Assembly (NCBI GenBank): GCA_048884965.1
Contig: JBHLQH010000006.1
Location: 99,515-163,514 of the forward strand
From: Candidatus Thorarchaeota archaeon
Lineage (GTDB): Archaea > Asgardarchaeota > Thorarchaeia > Thorarchaeales > Thorarchaeaceae
Direction of reading: 5' to 3'
Length of the DNA stretch: 64,000 bases
Every line of letters begins with the position of its first letter. Within the stretch, counting starts at the first letter, position 1. Made by a program: the position numbers and the translations under genes. The notes beneath the pieces were generated by a model, which saw only the letters and a program-made list of their open reading frames with translations, did no database searches and was not told where the DNA came from. Of this stretch, positions 45,152 to 55,800 are shown in pieces.

Positions 45152-46507
45152 ATGTCCATGGTAGAGAGTATAGTCGTTATTGGTTGTGGAGCTGCTGGAG
45201 CTACTGCAGCAATGCAAGCTAGGAAAGCGAATCGGAATGTAGCAATTACCATCTTCAATTCGGAACAGTATTCACAATACTCACGATGTGGACTTCCGTA
45301 CACTATCTCAGGAAAAGTGAAAGATTTCCATGACCTGATACTTATGCCCCCAGAGAGTTGGGAAATGATCAAGGTTGATGCTAAACTTGGGACTCCTATA
45401 ACAGATATCGATCACTCTAAGAAGACTGTATATTATGAAGGCGGAGAAGTCCAATATGATGCTCTCATTTTTGCAACCGGTGCGAGCAATGCAGATCCAC
45501 CAATCAAAGGACTCGATAAGCAACGCGTCTATGGTCTAAGAACTCTAGATGATGCCAAAGTACTGGCCAAAGAAGCTGAGAAGGCGAAGAACGTTGTTGT
45601 TATCGGAGGTGGGCTTGTAGGAATGGAAACTGCAGAGGCGTTCCATGAAAGAGGCGTCAATGTAACTGTTGTAGAGTTTCTGCCCAATATCCTTCTTGCG
45701 ATGGTGGACTCCGACTATGCAACTATTATCGAGGATCATTGCATCGAACATGGTCTTGAGATTCTGACAAATACTGCAGCACAAGAGATTACTGGAAACG
45801 AAACCCCTGAATCTGTAATCGTCAAGAGTAGAGTGACTAGTGAAGAAGCGACTATCCCTGCTGATGTGGTTGTCGTAGCAACTGGAGTACGAGCCAACAC
45901 GGATTTAGCTAACAAGATAGGTGTGGAGATTGGAACTACGCGAGGGATAAAAGTCAACGAAAAGATGCTGACAAATCTTGATGATGTATATGCTTGCGGT
46001 GATTGTGCTGAGCATGAGGAATTCATTACGCGAAAGCCAATGGCTGGAGGTCTTGGAACTGTAGCTGTTAGACAAGCTAGGGTTGCTGGGATAAATGCGG
46101 CTGGTGGAGATGCCATATTCCCAGGAATAGTAGGGGCGAAGGTCACCAAGCTCTTTGGTCTTGAGATCGCTAGTACTGGACTTACCGAGGACCTCGCAAA
46201 ACGATTTGATATGGGTGTAGTTAAGGGTTCCATAAAGGGCAGTAGTAAGCCCCCGTACTACACTGGTGGAGAAGAGCTGAAGGTAAAAACCTACTATGAT
46301 AAGGATACAGGGAAGCTTGTTGGTGGACAACTCGTTGGCATGGAGGATGCTGCGATGAGAATAAACGTGCTAACGATTGGGATTCAACAGAATATTGACG
46401 TAGTTGATCTGTTTGATTTCGAGAATTGCTATGCGCCTGCGATTTGTGATACGTGGGATCCACTAGTGCAATCTGCAGATGCAGCACGAAAGCGTCTGAA
46501 GAAATAA
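45152..46507 (+). CDS. NADH oxidase / CoA-disulfide reductase family flavoprotein
   Basis: GCGAAG, redox Cys in SRCGLPY, ATG, GGGLVGME, ACGDC and YAP...WDP. Confidence 0.92.
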   Translation: MSMVESIVVIGCGAAGATAAMQARKANRNVAITIFNSEQYSQYSRCGLPYTISGKVKDFHDLILMPPESWEMIKVDAKLGTPITDIDHSKKTVYYEGGEVQYDALIFATGASNADPPIKGLDKQRVYGLRTLDDAKVLAKEAEKAKNVVVIGGGLVGMETAEAFHERGVNVTVVEFLPNILLAMVDSDYATIIEDHCIEHGLEILTNTAAQEITGNETPESVIVKSRVTSEEATIPADVVVVATGVRANTDLANKIGVEIGTTRGIKVNEKMLTNLDDVYACGDCAEHEEFITRKPMAGGLGTVAVRQARVAGINAAGGDAIFPGIVGAKVTKLFGLEIASTGLTEDLAKRFDMGVVKGSIKGSSKPPYYTGGEELKVKTYYDKDTGKLVGGQLVGMEDAAMRINVLTIGIQQNIDVVDLFDFENCYAPAICDTWDPLVQSADAARKRLKK

Positions 46508-46519
46508 GGAAAATGGATA

Positions 46520-47326
46520 GTGAGATGGATGCGTATCGAGGATGAATTCCCAGAGCTTCCATCTAAACTTCTAGGTTCAGATGGTCTGAAACCAGTTTTC
46601 TTCATAATCAATGACTTACGAAATAAAGGACCGTCAAAAATGAGTACAATTGCGAATGAGGTATTACAGGAAGTTCTTTCTCTCAATTCGGAAGGTGCTC
46701 AAATTTCTGATTCCCGCTTTGTGAAAGCGTTATATCCTGTAGTAGCGAATGCTCTTGAGATAGGAACACCTGAGGACCAGGCAAATGCATTGTGGGCATT
46801 GGCAATTCTTCTGAAGCATCAATTATTGGATGAATCTCCCGCTGTCAGCAAATTCCTCTCTTCAAGTGATGAAGATATTCTTCAGAAGTCCGTGTGGGTG
46901 GTGCAAATGTATGCTCACAGGGAAATTGATATCTCTGAATACATACCTCTCATAGAGCCACTACTTCAGCATCAGAATTATTGGATTCGGCATATGGCCT
47001 CAAGTGCTATCTGCGATCATGAAATCAGAATTGGAGAAGCTAGTCGGCTTTCAGTACTCGCAGGCGTGAAGGAGTATGAGAATCTGGACTCATACTGGAC
47101 CATTGCGGTGAGCCATCGTCGGCTGCATGCTATCAATGACACATCAAAGAATCAACCTGACAATGTCGTGCATTTCACACCAGAACGGATGTGCGGAGTG
47201 TGCGGGCATAAAGGTGCACGATGTATCTTCTATTGGGACGATTCCGGTACTGGATGGAGAGATAGGACTTCAGAGTACTGTTGTCCTGAATGCGGCAATT
47301 ATACTACCTATCATTATTTTGACTAA
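46520..47326 (+). CDS. HEAT/ARM-like helical protein with C-terminal zinc ribbon
   Basis: Helical repeats (ALWALAIL, PLLQHQNYWIRHMASSAI) plus CGVC and CPEC. Confidence 0.6.
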   Translation: MRWMRIEDEFPELPSKLLGSDGLKPVFFIINDLRNKGPSKMSTIANEVLQEVLSLNSEGAQISDSRFVKALYPVVANALEIGTPEDQANALWALAILLKHQLLDESPAVSKFLSSSDEDILQKSVWVVQMYAHREIDISEYIPLIEPLLQHQNYWIRHMASSAICDHEIRIGEASRLSVLAGVKEYENLDSYWTIAVSHRRLHAINDTSKNQPDNVVHFTPERMCGVCGHKGARCIFYWDDSGTGWRDRTSEYCCPECGNYTTYHYFD

Positions 47327-47332
47327 TCACTC

Positions 47333-47788
47333 TCATACAATGATTCTGACGTTATCAAGGGCGTACTGCAAAGAACTGACTTGAGTTGGTGTCGAGGCAA
47401 TGATTATGACCTTCTCAATGCCGCAGTCTTCTTTGCAATGTCTATGCAATGCCTTGACAATTTCCTCTGCAATTTCCCAAGTTGGTATACGAGCCGCTTC
47501 AAGTCCGAGTGTTGAAAAACCTACGATTGCTGCTTCTAATAGATCAGCCTTTTGAAGAGCCTCTGAAGCAGCCAAGAAGATGACTTTTCTTCTTTGAGGA
47601 TTGCCCATTGATATTTCTGGCCAATACTCGATGTTCTCTGCAGTAGTAACTTCTTGAGCAGATATGGACCCACTTCCAAAATCTACACCCAGTGGGATAT
47701 CCTTGCTTTTCACAACAAGACCCATCTTAGATTCATCATACGGGCCCAATTCTACCCTAACGGAAACATCGCTAAATAGCCATTCCAT
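47333..47788 (-). CDS. Degenerate macro-domain-like protein
   Basis: C-terminal half (ALQKADLLEAAIVGFSTLG...IPTWEIAEEIVKAL...IEKVIII) follows the macro-domain pattern, but the Gly-rich loops are absent. Confidence 0.55.
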   Translation of the reverse strand: MEWLFSDVSVRVELGPYDESKMGLVVKSKDIPLGVDFGSGSISAQEVTTAENIEYWPEISMGNPQRRKVIFLAASEALQKADLLEAAIVGFSTLGLEAARIPTWEIAEEIVKALHRHCKEDCGIEKVIIIASTPTQVSSLQYALDNVRIIV

Positions 47789-47984
47789 ATTCCAGCACCC
47801 TTTTCTTCACATTTGGAAATTACATTCGTCCTTTGCACTTTTCTCGAAGTTGTGTTCTAGCATTATTATGCATCAACACAGAAAATTGTTTTGATGAAGA
47901 GGCAGGTGATTAACTCAGACTGATGGTGCCTGAGAACCTCCAATCTCTCTCTTCTGAATCCGCAACTTCAAAACGAAAACCCCC

Positions 47985-48014
47985 TCTTTGAGTCAAAGAC
48001 GAGTATATACTCGT
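47985..48014. promoter_or_regulatory. Two abutting palindromes in a divergent promoter region
   Basis: TCTTTGAGTCAAAGA (47985-47999) and ACGAGTATATACTCGT (47999-48014). Confidence 0.5.
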
Positions 48015-48122
48015 TTCATTGATATGACCCATTGATTGCGGTATGTTGATAGTTATACTCTGGAATTGACTTGCATGATTCATAGAGTGACCATTTCAAT
48101 TACTTGAGAGTGAAACAGAATT

Positions 48123-49169
48123 ATGATTGCCCTCGAATATCAGCTTCAAAGGTTTCATGATTTTCATCTATTACAGCATTTTATGATAATACTCAAGGAA
48201 AGTGGCGGATGCATTTTCTATTATCCTTTCAAGAAGACCGAGATTAGCTCCGATTTGATAAGCGGATTCATCTCTGCGATGTCATCCATGTATGGTGAAT
48301 TCACAGGTGATGGCAAGCAAGAATCTGTTGAAAGTCTAAAATACCAAGGAATGAATCTAGATGGATTCAGTGGGAGGTATGTCATGGGTATCCTAATCTC
48401 AGAGGGCCATCAAGCTACGAGATACGATCTCAATGACTTCATCAGAATATTCGAGTCAGAATATGAGGATGTTCTGATGAATTGGAGAGGTTTTGTGAAG
48501 ATATTCGATTACAATTGGATTGCACACCAACTCTTCAATTCCATCGGATATCGAGATAACCTCCCATTTGTGATTTCATCACATAAGCCAGAGAAGAAGC
48601 AATATCAGAAAGTTGTGGATTTTCTTCGAATAGTCGGTGATAGGCAAGGACGATTTCTCATTAGAAAGGTCTTACCTGGTCTTCAGAAGTTTCTCAATGT
48701 ATCTGAAGCTTATGTTCTAGATCTTTTGCTCATGATGAAAAAAGATGATGTCATATCACACGCTCCTATCGCTGAGATACTATCATCAAATGAAAGTAAA
48801 GCGATTTCGGAAACAATATCTTCTGGCATTATTATTGAGGATTCATCTGTTGTTGCTTCAGATATTCTAGATGAAATGGATGACCACAAACACTCGCAAG
48901 ATACTGAAGGGGAATTATCTAGTGAACAAAGACGCACGCTCACTGTGACAGATCAGGGAGAGTATATTTTTAGAATCGAGATTTCACTTGACGTGATAAT
49001 GAGACATTCAGGTGATTCATGGCTTCGAGATATCATAAGCGATGCAGTCGAACTAGAGCTAGGAAAACGGGTTGTTGTTGATAATCCTCAATATATCCCA
49101 CAAGAATGTGATTCGGATAAAGGGACAATTTGGATAGATGTGCATTTTTCCGATGCGGCTCAAGACTGA
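48123..49169 (+). CDS. Protein with N-terminal longin-like domain
   Basis: HFMIILKESGGCIFYYPF...SDLISGFISAMSSM...F...FESEY...L..WRG pattern, typical of Asgard longin-like domains. Confidence 0.62.
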   Translation: MIALEYQLQRFHDFHLLQHFMIILKESGGCIFYYPFKKTEISSDLISGFISAMSSMYGEFTGDGKQESVESLKYQGMNLDGFSGRYVMGILISEGHQATRYDLNDFIRIFESEYEDVLMNWRGFVKIFDYNWIAHQLFNSIGYRDNLPFVISSHKPEKKQYQKVVDFLRIVGDRQGRFLIRKVLPGLQKFLNVSEAYVLDLLLMMKKDDVISHAPIAEILSSNESKAISETISSGIIIEDSSVVASDILDEMDDHKHSQDTEGELSSEQRRTLTVTDQGEYIFRIEISLDVIMRHSGDSWLRDIISDAVELELGKRVVVDNPQYIPQECDSDKGTIWIDVHFSDAAQD

Positions 49170-49234
49170 TGATGCTATCTATTCCCTGAATCCTCTCAAC
49201 CCTATCACAATCCTTTTTTCCTGCCAAAAATGGT

Positions 49235-49837
49235 ATGCCAAAGGCGAGAATCCTGAACGATATTACGAATGAAGAGTATGAGGATCTGGTTTCCAAATTT
49301 GGTGAACCAAGAAAATTCCATTTTGCGGCTGACTTTCTCGATTTTGAATGTGATCTCGTTCGCCGATCATCGACCAAGGGTCGTCAACATGACATTACCT
49401 GTTTCATCCCGCGAGATGATGGATATGTCACCATTCAGAAACATGCGTATAAGAAATCCGGCATCTATCGTGCTCCTTCTGGGGGTGCCCATCTTGGTGA
49501 ACCCTTAGAGGATGCAGCAAGGCGTGAGATGAAAGAGGAAACTGGTCTTGACATTGAACTGGAGCGGTTTGTCTTGGATCTCACATTAGATGTTAAATGT
49601 CCCGAAGGTACTATTCCATGGCGGTCGCTGGTCTTTTTGGCAAATGAAGTAGGTGGCGAGATGAAGCCTATTGATACCTTTGAGATATTCGACGTAAAGG
49701 TGTCTTCTAGGGAAGAGATGCTTGGTGACATCTCAACTCTCATGAATCATTCTGGTTGGGGTGGTTTCCTCTATCGGGCTTTCCTTACAAAGAAGTTCTT
49801 TGAAGTTATTGATCAGCTTCACCAAACTACGGTGTGA
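49235..49837 (+). CDS. NUDIX hydrolase
   Basis: Nudix box GAHLGEPLEDAARREMKEETGL. Confidence 0.92.
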   Translation: MPKARILNDITNEEYEDLVSKFGEPRKFHFAADFLDFECDLVRRSSTKGRQHDITCFIPRDDGYVTIQKHAYKKSGIYRAPSGGAHLGEPLEDAARREMKEETGLDIELERFVLDLTLDVKCPEGTIPWRSLVFLANEVGGEMKPIDTFEIFDVKVSSREEMLGDISTLMNHSGWGGFLYRAFLTKKFFEVIDQLHQTTV

Positions 49838-52800
49838 AAGTATCTCCTCGTTTTGGCTTTCCTCGAACTTTCGAAAGGAATTTGATCATCCTAGAAGAGA
49901 TGAATGGAATAATCACAAGGAATACAACAGGTAGTAAGATGAGAATTGCTAAGTTTGTACTCCTAATGAAGTCCAAGGTCGAGACAGTTGTAGCTCCGAT
50001 TAGTAGAAGGAACATCAAGAACTTCGTTCGAATTGATGAAGATGTCTTCTCAACGAGCAATGTTCTTTCTTCATGAACGATTTTCGTAGGAGTGCTTTCT
50101 GATTGCATGTGACTGATTCTGTTTAGTCCCTTGCTGGTTTCGCGATAGTGGTTAATGACAACCACGACGATGCTGCTGATATAGGTTCCAAATATGGTGA
50201 GCATCATCATTGGTAATACCCATCCTGCGATATGGATTTGATTTGGTTCCAAAACATGAGCTCTGAAGACTTCCCATTGGTCTCCGTAGATCAATATCTG
50301 TGCGATCATAACTGGAACAAGGGCAAGATGCCATGTACCTGCTGCCATTCTTCCTTTGCTTAGACTTCCTCTCTGAAGTATTGCTGAATATGAATCTCGA
50401 TAGAGCCATATTCCATAGAGAAGAACCGAAAGACCAAGTAGCAATATTGACTCAAAGACAGCGAAGGCAAATTCACCAACACTACCCATTGCTAGTGAGT
50501 GTACAAAAATCAACATAGAAGTGACCAGAACAACTCCATAGATAATATCGAGTTTTCTGGTTCCCTGTTCAGCATCTTCTGAGTTTTTGCTCTCTATCGA
50601 GATACTGGAAGCAATCCGGAAGTAAATGCCCATTCCTGCTAAGCTGATTATCAATACTATCCCTACAACAAGAATCCACGTGTTCAAGTCTTGCTGCATA
50701 TATGCATCAATATTAGGTGCTGGAACAGCTACCCGCACAGATTTGGGTTGTGCTTCTTTCTGGATACACATGCCACCTGATACACTGACCTGAATCTCAT
50801 AATCTGCATGGTATACTGTGATATTGTCAAAGACAACTCTGTACTTTCCATCCTCGATTTCTGTAGCGACCTTTGTCTGATAAACGAATGACACCTCGAT
50901 ATTCAAGCCCGTCAGTGGTGTACCATAAAGATCACTTACATCGACATCTACGATATACTCGTCATTTTGATAGGCAATTTCCGCAGATGTAATTCTGATA
51001 ACAGGATCAGCGATAACCATCACTGAGCCATTCAATTCCACTAGGTCCATGTACTGGTGTGAGATGTAAACGAAGTAGTTGTAAGCATCATATCGCCAAC
51101 CGACAGTAGAAACCAAGGTATGATATGTGCCATTTCCATAGGACTCAAGTTCGTATACTGTATCATGTATTTGCACTCTAACAGTTGCACTTGTCACAGC
51201 ATTATCCTGAGAATCGTATACAGAAATCACAAATGGAATATCATCTGATGCTTGCAGGTACGTTTCAGTTGATAAAGGCTGGTTGACCATGGCAGATGCT
51301 TCACTTCTCACGGTGATGCTTCTGGAGAATGATGAACTGGTCAAATAGCTACTCTCAATTTCAAGTAGAAGCGTATGAATTCCTGGAGGTCCTATAACAG
51401 GAATCGTGATATTGAAGGATATCTCCGATAATGAAGTATTCCCTGAATATGTTACTCCTTGAAATGTAACACTCCAATTGTAGTTTTGAATTCCAAATGA
51501 GTACCCATCATACATACTGATAACGAAGATGGTATCATTTCCGACATAGACTGGTTGGTCAAAGAGGATACTCGGTTTTCCTATTCCGATTATGGTGAAA
51601 TTACGATATACTATTGAAGTAAGAAGATAGTCATGTTGAATTGTGGCAATCGCGGTGTAATCTCCTAGTGCGAGATGTGTTGTTGTGATGGTTCTATTGT
51701 ATACACCATTTGCCACCTCGATCAGGGTGTAGGAAGTAGATCCAATTGTGATAACAACAGTTGCAGATGATATGTCATTGGCATTTTGATCCTGCAGAGA
51801 TAATGAGAGTGTAATACTTTCACCTTGGGAAACGCTCTCTAGTTCCATCGGAGATTGGAATTGACTTGATTGTACTCCGTATACCTTTACATTCCAGCTG
51901 TAGTCGGTTTGATTTATGTACTGGCTTGAAACTGATACATTCAGCAGATAACCACTAGGTACAAGCTCAGGTTTGACCATCCACTGGAATGTATATGATG
52001 AGGCTGTACTTTCTAAGGTATACATTTCACTAAGTGACAATGAGTAATTGAACAGGCTTAGAGGATTCCCATATTGATCGCGAACGAAGAACGTGAATGT
52101 AGTATTGTCATTGTTTAGAATATAGCTGCTATCAATTGAATAAGTAACAATAGCTGAACCACGCAATGAGAGATCCAATGTAAGATGCTGTGTATCCAAG
52201 AACGCTTGTGAAACGGTAATAGCTGCTGTATATCTACCTAGGGGCAATCCAACTGTACTTGCATACCCTGTGTAGATACCTGGCGATGTCATATTCAGTG
52301 TAAAGCTGCTCCCGTACAATACTACTATCACGTCTGCTCCAGTGATATTGTTAAAGAGCTCATCAGTCACATGTATTGTGAAATTGATTGGTAGTCCTTG
52401 GGTGTAATTTGATGCAGATACTGGCTCTAGGATGACTGCAGAGGACACACCTTGAACTGTCACCGTCACATTGAACTCCGTATCAATTGTGTATGTCGAG
52501 TTGATAGTGACAATCAAATAGTACTCTCCCGGAATCCAGTTGGGATTCACTTCCCATGAGAATTGATACCAACTGGAAATTGATGAGTAGCTGTATCCTT
52601 CGATTTCAAGGGAATAGTTGAATATGTTGATTGGATTCCCATATACATCTGTCAACTCCATGCTAAAGGTCACATTCTCTTTGTTCGAGACCGGGCTTGG
52701 ATTCATTGCCACGGAGAGATGAGGATCTCCGACTAGATTGAATATCACCGATGAGTAAGCAGTGTCAAGATATCCGTGGGTAACTGTGATATTCGCAATG

Positions 52801-55800
52801 TATTGGTTCAGTTTCAGTCCGACTGTGCTTATATTTGCTGAATAGGCTCCATCACGAATTTCATAGAGTGTGTATGTAACTCCTGATAGTAGAACCCGAA
52901 CTTGTGCAGAACTAATCTCTGTGCCAATCAAGTCTTCAACAAAGACTGTGAAATTGACCTGATCCCCTTGTGTCTGTAAGCTATAATCTATAGGTCTGTC
53001 AATGGAGATTACAGAGCTTCCAAAGATACCGATGGTATAGTTATACCTTGTAGTGTAGAGATAGGTAGAGCTCAATGTTATGTTGAGCCATTGCAATGAC
53101 GGGATAAACTGAGTTTCTGTCTTCCATGAGAATTTGTAGGATGTTGAAGTGCCACTAGTTGAATAGAGTGACCCAAACACCACGCTATAATTGAATGAAC
53201 TCACTGGATTACCATAATTATCTCGAATCGTGAAATTGAATGTCGCGTTCAAATGATTGTATACCTTCGAAGGGGAATACTCTAATGTGATGATCGCATC
53301 ACCTTTGAGGATGAATGCAATGTACAACACTTCGATGTTCATATAGGGATGTGAAATCGTAATTGTAGCGTTATATCTCCCTAGGGGAAGGCCTAGTGTG
53401 CTTACGTCGACTGAGTATACACCATCACTAACCATACTCATTGTGTGGGAAGAACCATACACTACAACAGTCACTTGTGCTCCAGTGATATCTGATCCAA
53501 TTAGGTCTTCAACACTTACCGTGAAGTTTACGTCGGATCCTTGATCCCAGACTTCATTGATTGATGGGCTGTGGATGACGCTTGAGATTTCTCCAGTTAG
53601 TGTTATGGAAAATGTGTAATTCTTGGAAATAAGACGTCCACCCGTAAGTGAAATATTGAGTAGATATAATCCCGGAGCATTTGTTGGAGTAATGGTCCAC
53701 GAGAATTTGTATGAACTCGTTGTTCCTGATATGCTCTGACCGTTGAAGTATAGGGAGTAGTTTGCTTGGTTTACAGGATTACCATATTGATCTGTTAGTG
53801 TGAGGTTGAATATCAGGTCTTGATGATTTGATGGAGTTGATGGCGTTGTCACCAAAGACACTACTGCTGTTCCATTAACTAGGAAAAGCCGCCATGTGCT
53901 ATCCGAATTCAGGAATGGATGAGATACCAATATCGTAGCGTTGTACGAATCGAGAGAAAATCCAATAGAACTAATTAGTGAGCTATAGATACCCAACCCC
54001 AAGTGTGCGAGTTCGTAGGTGTTTCCCTTTATTTGAACTCTGACATCCGCTTCAACTATATTTGTCCCAATGAGATCTTGGATTGATAGTGTGAAGTTCA
54101 CACTGTCACCCTGAACAATAGCTTGTGATACTAGTGGCGAAATGATATTCATCAGAACAATGCCCTTGATTGGCACACTGAAATTGTGAGTAGACGAAAT
54201 CAGATTCGGACCACTGATGCTGATGTTCAACCAATGATAGCCAGGTTCCAGATTTGGGGTTACTACCCACCAGAACTCGTGTGTTGACGAAGATGAGGCA
54301 TTGCTATAACCATCAAACACAATGGAGTAGTTGAAATTCGTAATCGGGTTACCATATTGATCAACCACAGTGAAATTGAAGGCCGTGCTAAGATGGTTCA
54401 AAATATTAGAACCGTATTCCAATTCAACTTCTACGGTTCCTTGAACCTCAAGAAGCTGATTCATCTGGTTCGGATTTAGGTACTCATGACTAACTGTAAC
54501 AATGATGGTATAGTTATTTGGTACAAAGCCAAATGTTGACAAATCTAATGTATATGTTCCATTGGAGTGATCAACAAAGCTTCTAGATATTGGACTGAGG
54601 AGATTTACTGTAGCTCCGGATATCAATGAATCACTCCAATCTGTGACATTGACTCGTAAAGTTATGACTGAGCCTTGCACAATCTCCCATCCTGAGAATG
54701 ATGTTAGAGTGAGAGTAGCTGGTGAATAGACATAGAAGTCGAACACATTGGACCAATCATTACCATACGTAGAGTTTAGAAATACAGTGAAATGATTCAA
54801 TCCGATCATAACGCTGGCGTTGAGATCGACAGAGTATTCGGGTCCTCCAATATGAGTGGCTGTGTAATTCTGACCATTGAACTCTACTATCGCCATGGAA
54901 CCAGATGGCGTTGTACCATATGCATCAAAAATGAACATCGATACTGTGAAGTTGGTTCCTGCATCTACATCAGCGGGGTATTCAATTGATGGCATCAAAT
55001 CTCCAGCAATCACAATGGAGAAGTTCCCAAACTCTGTTCCATCCACGTAGATACTACTGACCTTAATCGTGAAAGTGTAGTTACCAATAGGCAGGTTAGC
55101 CATATCATCAAGATAGTATTTACCTGACTCTATCTGCGTAAGAGTGAATTCATACTCGCCACTCTGGACTCTCACCAAAGCATTTGCCAAGACATTGGCA
55201 TACGGATCAGTAATATTCAGCCAGCCTTGAATTGGTTGGTTCTGTTCAATGGTAGATGGGATATCATTCGATATCAATAAGGAATCTGTTAGTACTCTAA
55301 AGCTCTGCTCAATGGATTTCGCTTCAGTTGCATAGGGATGACTAGCTGTGACATTGATGAGATAGTCTCCTGGGCTCCATGAAAGAGCAGGAATGAAAAC
55401 TTGATAGTCTGGATCGATATAGGATGCAGTATACTGCGTCGCGTCAACTACGACCTCAACTTGTGCATCCGATACGATGTGACTTTGCGAATCGGTGACA
55501 GTTATCGATATGGTCTTATCTTCACCCTGTAGACCTACACTTGCTTGATGAACATTCACGACCAATGGACTGCGGATAGTCACCTGCCCAACATCGTAGT
55601 TTTGAATTGATTGATAATCTGAATGTGTGATTTCCAGAGTCAGATTGACGGTACCAATTGGATAATTTGGAGTTTCATCATAAACGAATTGAGATTCTGT
55701 GACGCTATAGAGAAGTGCAGATGTCTGCTGACCTGTAGAATATTTCGCGGTCATGGTGACACTAGCATCACTCAGTGATTCCCCAAAGATATTCTGAACT

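Noticed and set aside
47891-47957. Possible C/D-box sRNA (TGATGA...CAGA/TGATGG...CTGA)
   Set aside because: Box spacing gives guides of about 18 and 27 nt rather than 10-12, and no clear terminal stem or target is evident.
49827-49837. 11-bp convergent overlap of NUDIX and the giant protein
   Set aside because: Short 3' overlaps are common in compact archaeal genomes.
49827-50690. Claiming true GPCR or rhodopsin homology
   Set aside because: No DRY, NPxxY, GPS or retinal-binding Lys motif is visible. Only topological similarity is reported.
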